In this document: piece after piece, positions 63,818 to 64,000 of the stretch
How positions within the stretch are numbered: the first letter of the stretch is position 1
How the letters are laid out: each line of letters begins with the position of its first letter
From: Psammoneis japonica
Taxonomy: Eukaryota
DNA: 64,000 nucleotides
Direction of reading: 5' to 3'
Assembly: GCA_008632985.1 (NCBI GenBank)
Contig: QPGO01000165.1
Coordinates: 62,001-126,000 of the forward strand
The notes under the pieces: generated by a model
What the model saw: only the letters and a program-made list of their open reading frames with translations
Told to the model about the DNA's origin: nothing
The model's database searches: none
Position numbers and translations under genes: made by a program

Positions 63818-64000
63818 AAAGTGACATGATGGACAAGGTCAACAAAGAGAACATGTTTTTCTTGCAGCAGAATCAAGACCATGCCCAGGACAAGGTGGAG
63901 TGACTGGGCAACAAGATTCCAGCCATGATGCATGAAAAGGTTGACAACTTCAAAAAGCACAAGAGAAAGATCAAGCAGTGCAAAAAAGCCTGCAGTGAGC

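Larger units (their letters stand above)
34651..64000. other. TpA-depleted domain 3 (partial depletion only inside the young Copia, 54541-61657)
   Basis: Same signature as domains 1 and 2. Confidence 0.88.

Noticed and set aside
1..64000. Hundreds of overlapping Cys/His-rich ORFs in the six-frame track
   Set aside because: By-product of TAA/TAG loss; they lack recognisable domains and overlap on both strands.
1..64000. Alternative genetic code or Tyr avoidance
   Set aside because: Live genes use Tyr normally, and the depletion is frame- and strand-independent and includes non-coding LTRs and TIRs.
1..64000. Classical fungal RIP or pure CpG deamination as the explanation
   Set aside because: Both are C->T and cannot remove TA; conserved Tyr->Cys/His shows A->G / T->C.
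1..64000. Sequencing or assembly artefact
   Set aside because: Unlikely, because edges coincide with biological boundaries and severity tracks element age; only raw reads can exclude it fully.

Overview
Eukaryotic nuclear DNA, almost certainly from a diatom: it carries a fucoxanthin-chlorophyll (Lhcf) pseudogene with a bipartite ASAF-type presequence, CoDi-like Copia elements and a CryptonS-like element. Only one island of about 4.6 kb (~6.6-11.2 kb) holds intact genes: an MRS2/CorA Mg2+ transporter with a C-terminal EF-hand-like loop, and a BTB/BACK protein. The rest is a graveyard of transposons (ISL2EU/Harbinger-like, Sola-like, Crypton, two Copia, a TRIM, a young non-autonomous TIR element) and decayed host-type genes. 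The dominant signal is a RIP-like hypermutation running opposite to fungal RIP. TpA is converted to TpG/CpA (A:T->G:C) across the TE/pseudogene domains, so Tyr becomes Cys/His and TAA/TAG codons largely vanish. Live genes, a TE end next to a gene promoter, a Copia leader and a freshly inserted element are spared. LTR-pair and TIR-pair comparisons inside the window show the direction and context directly. All counts are by eye. No enzyme that could cause the process is visible in this window.
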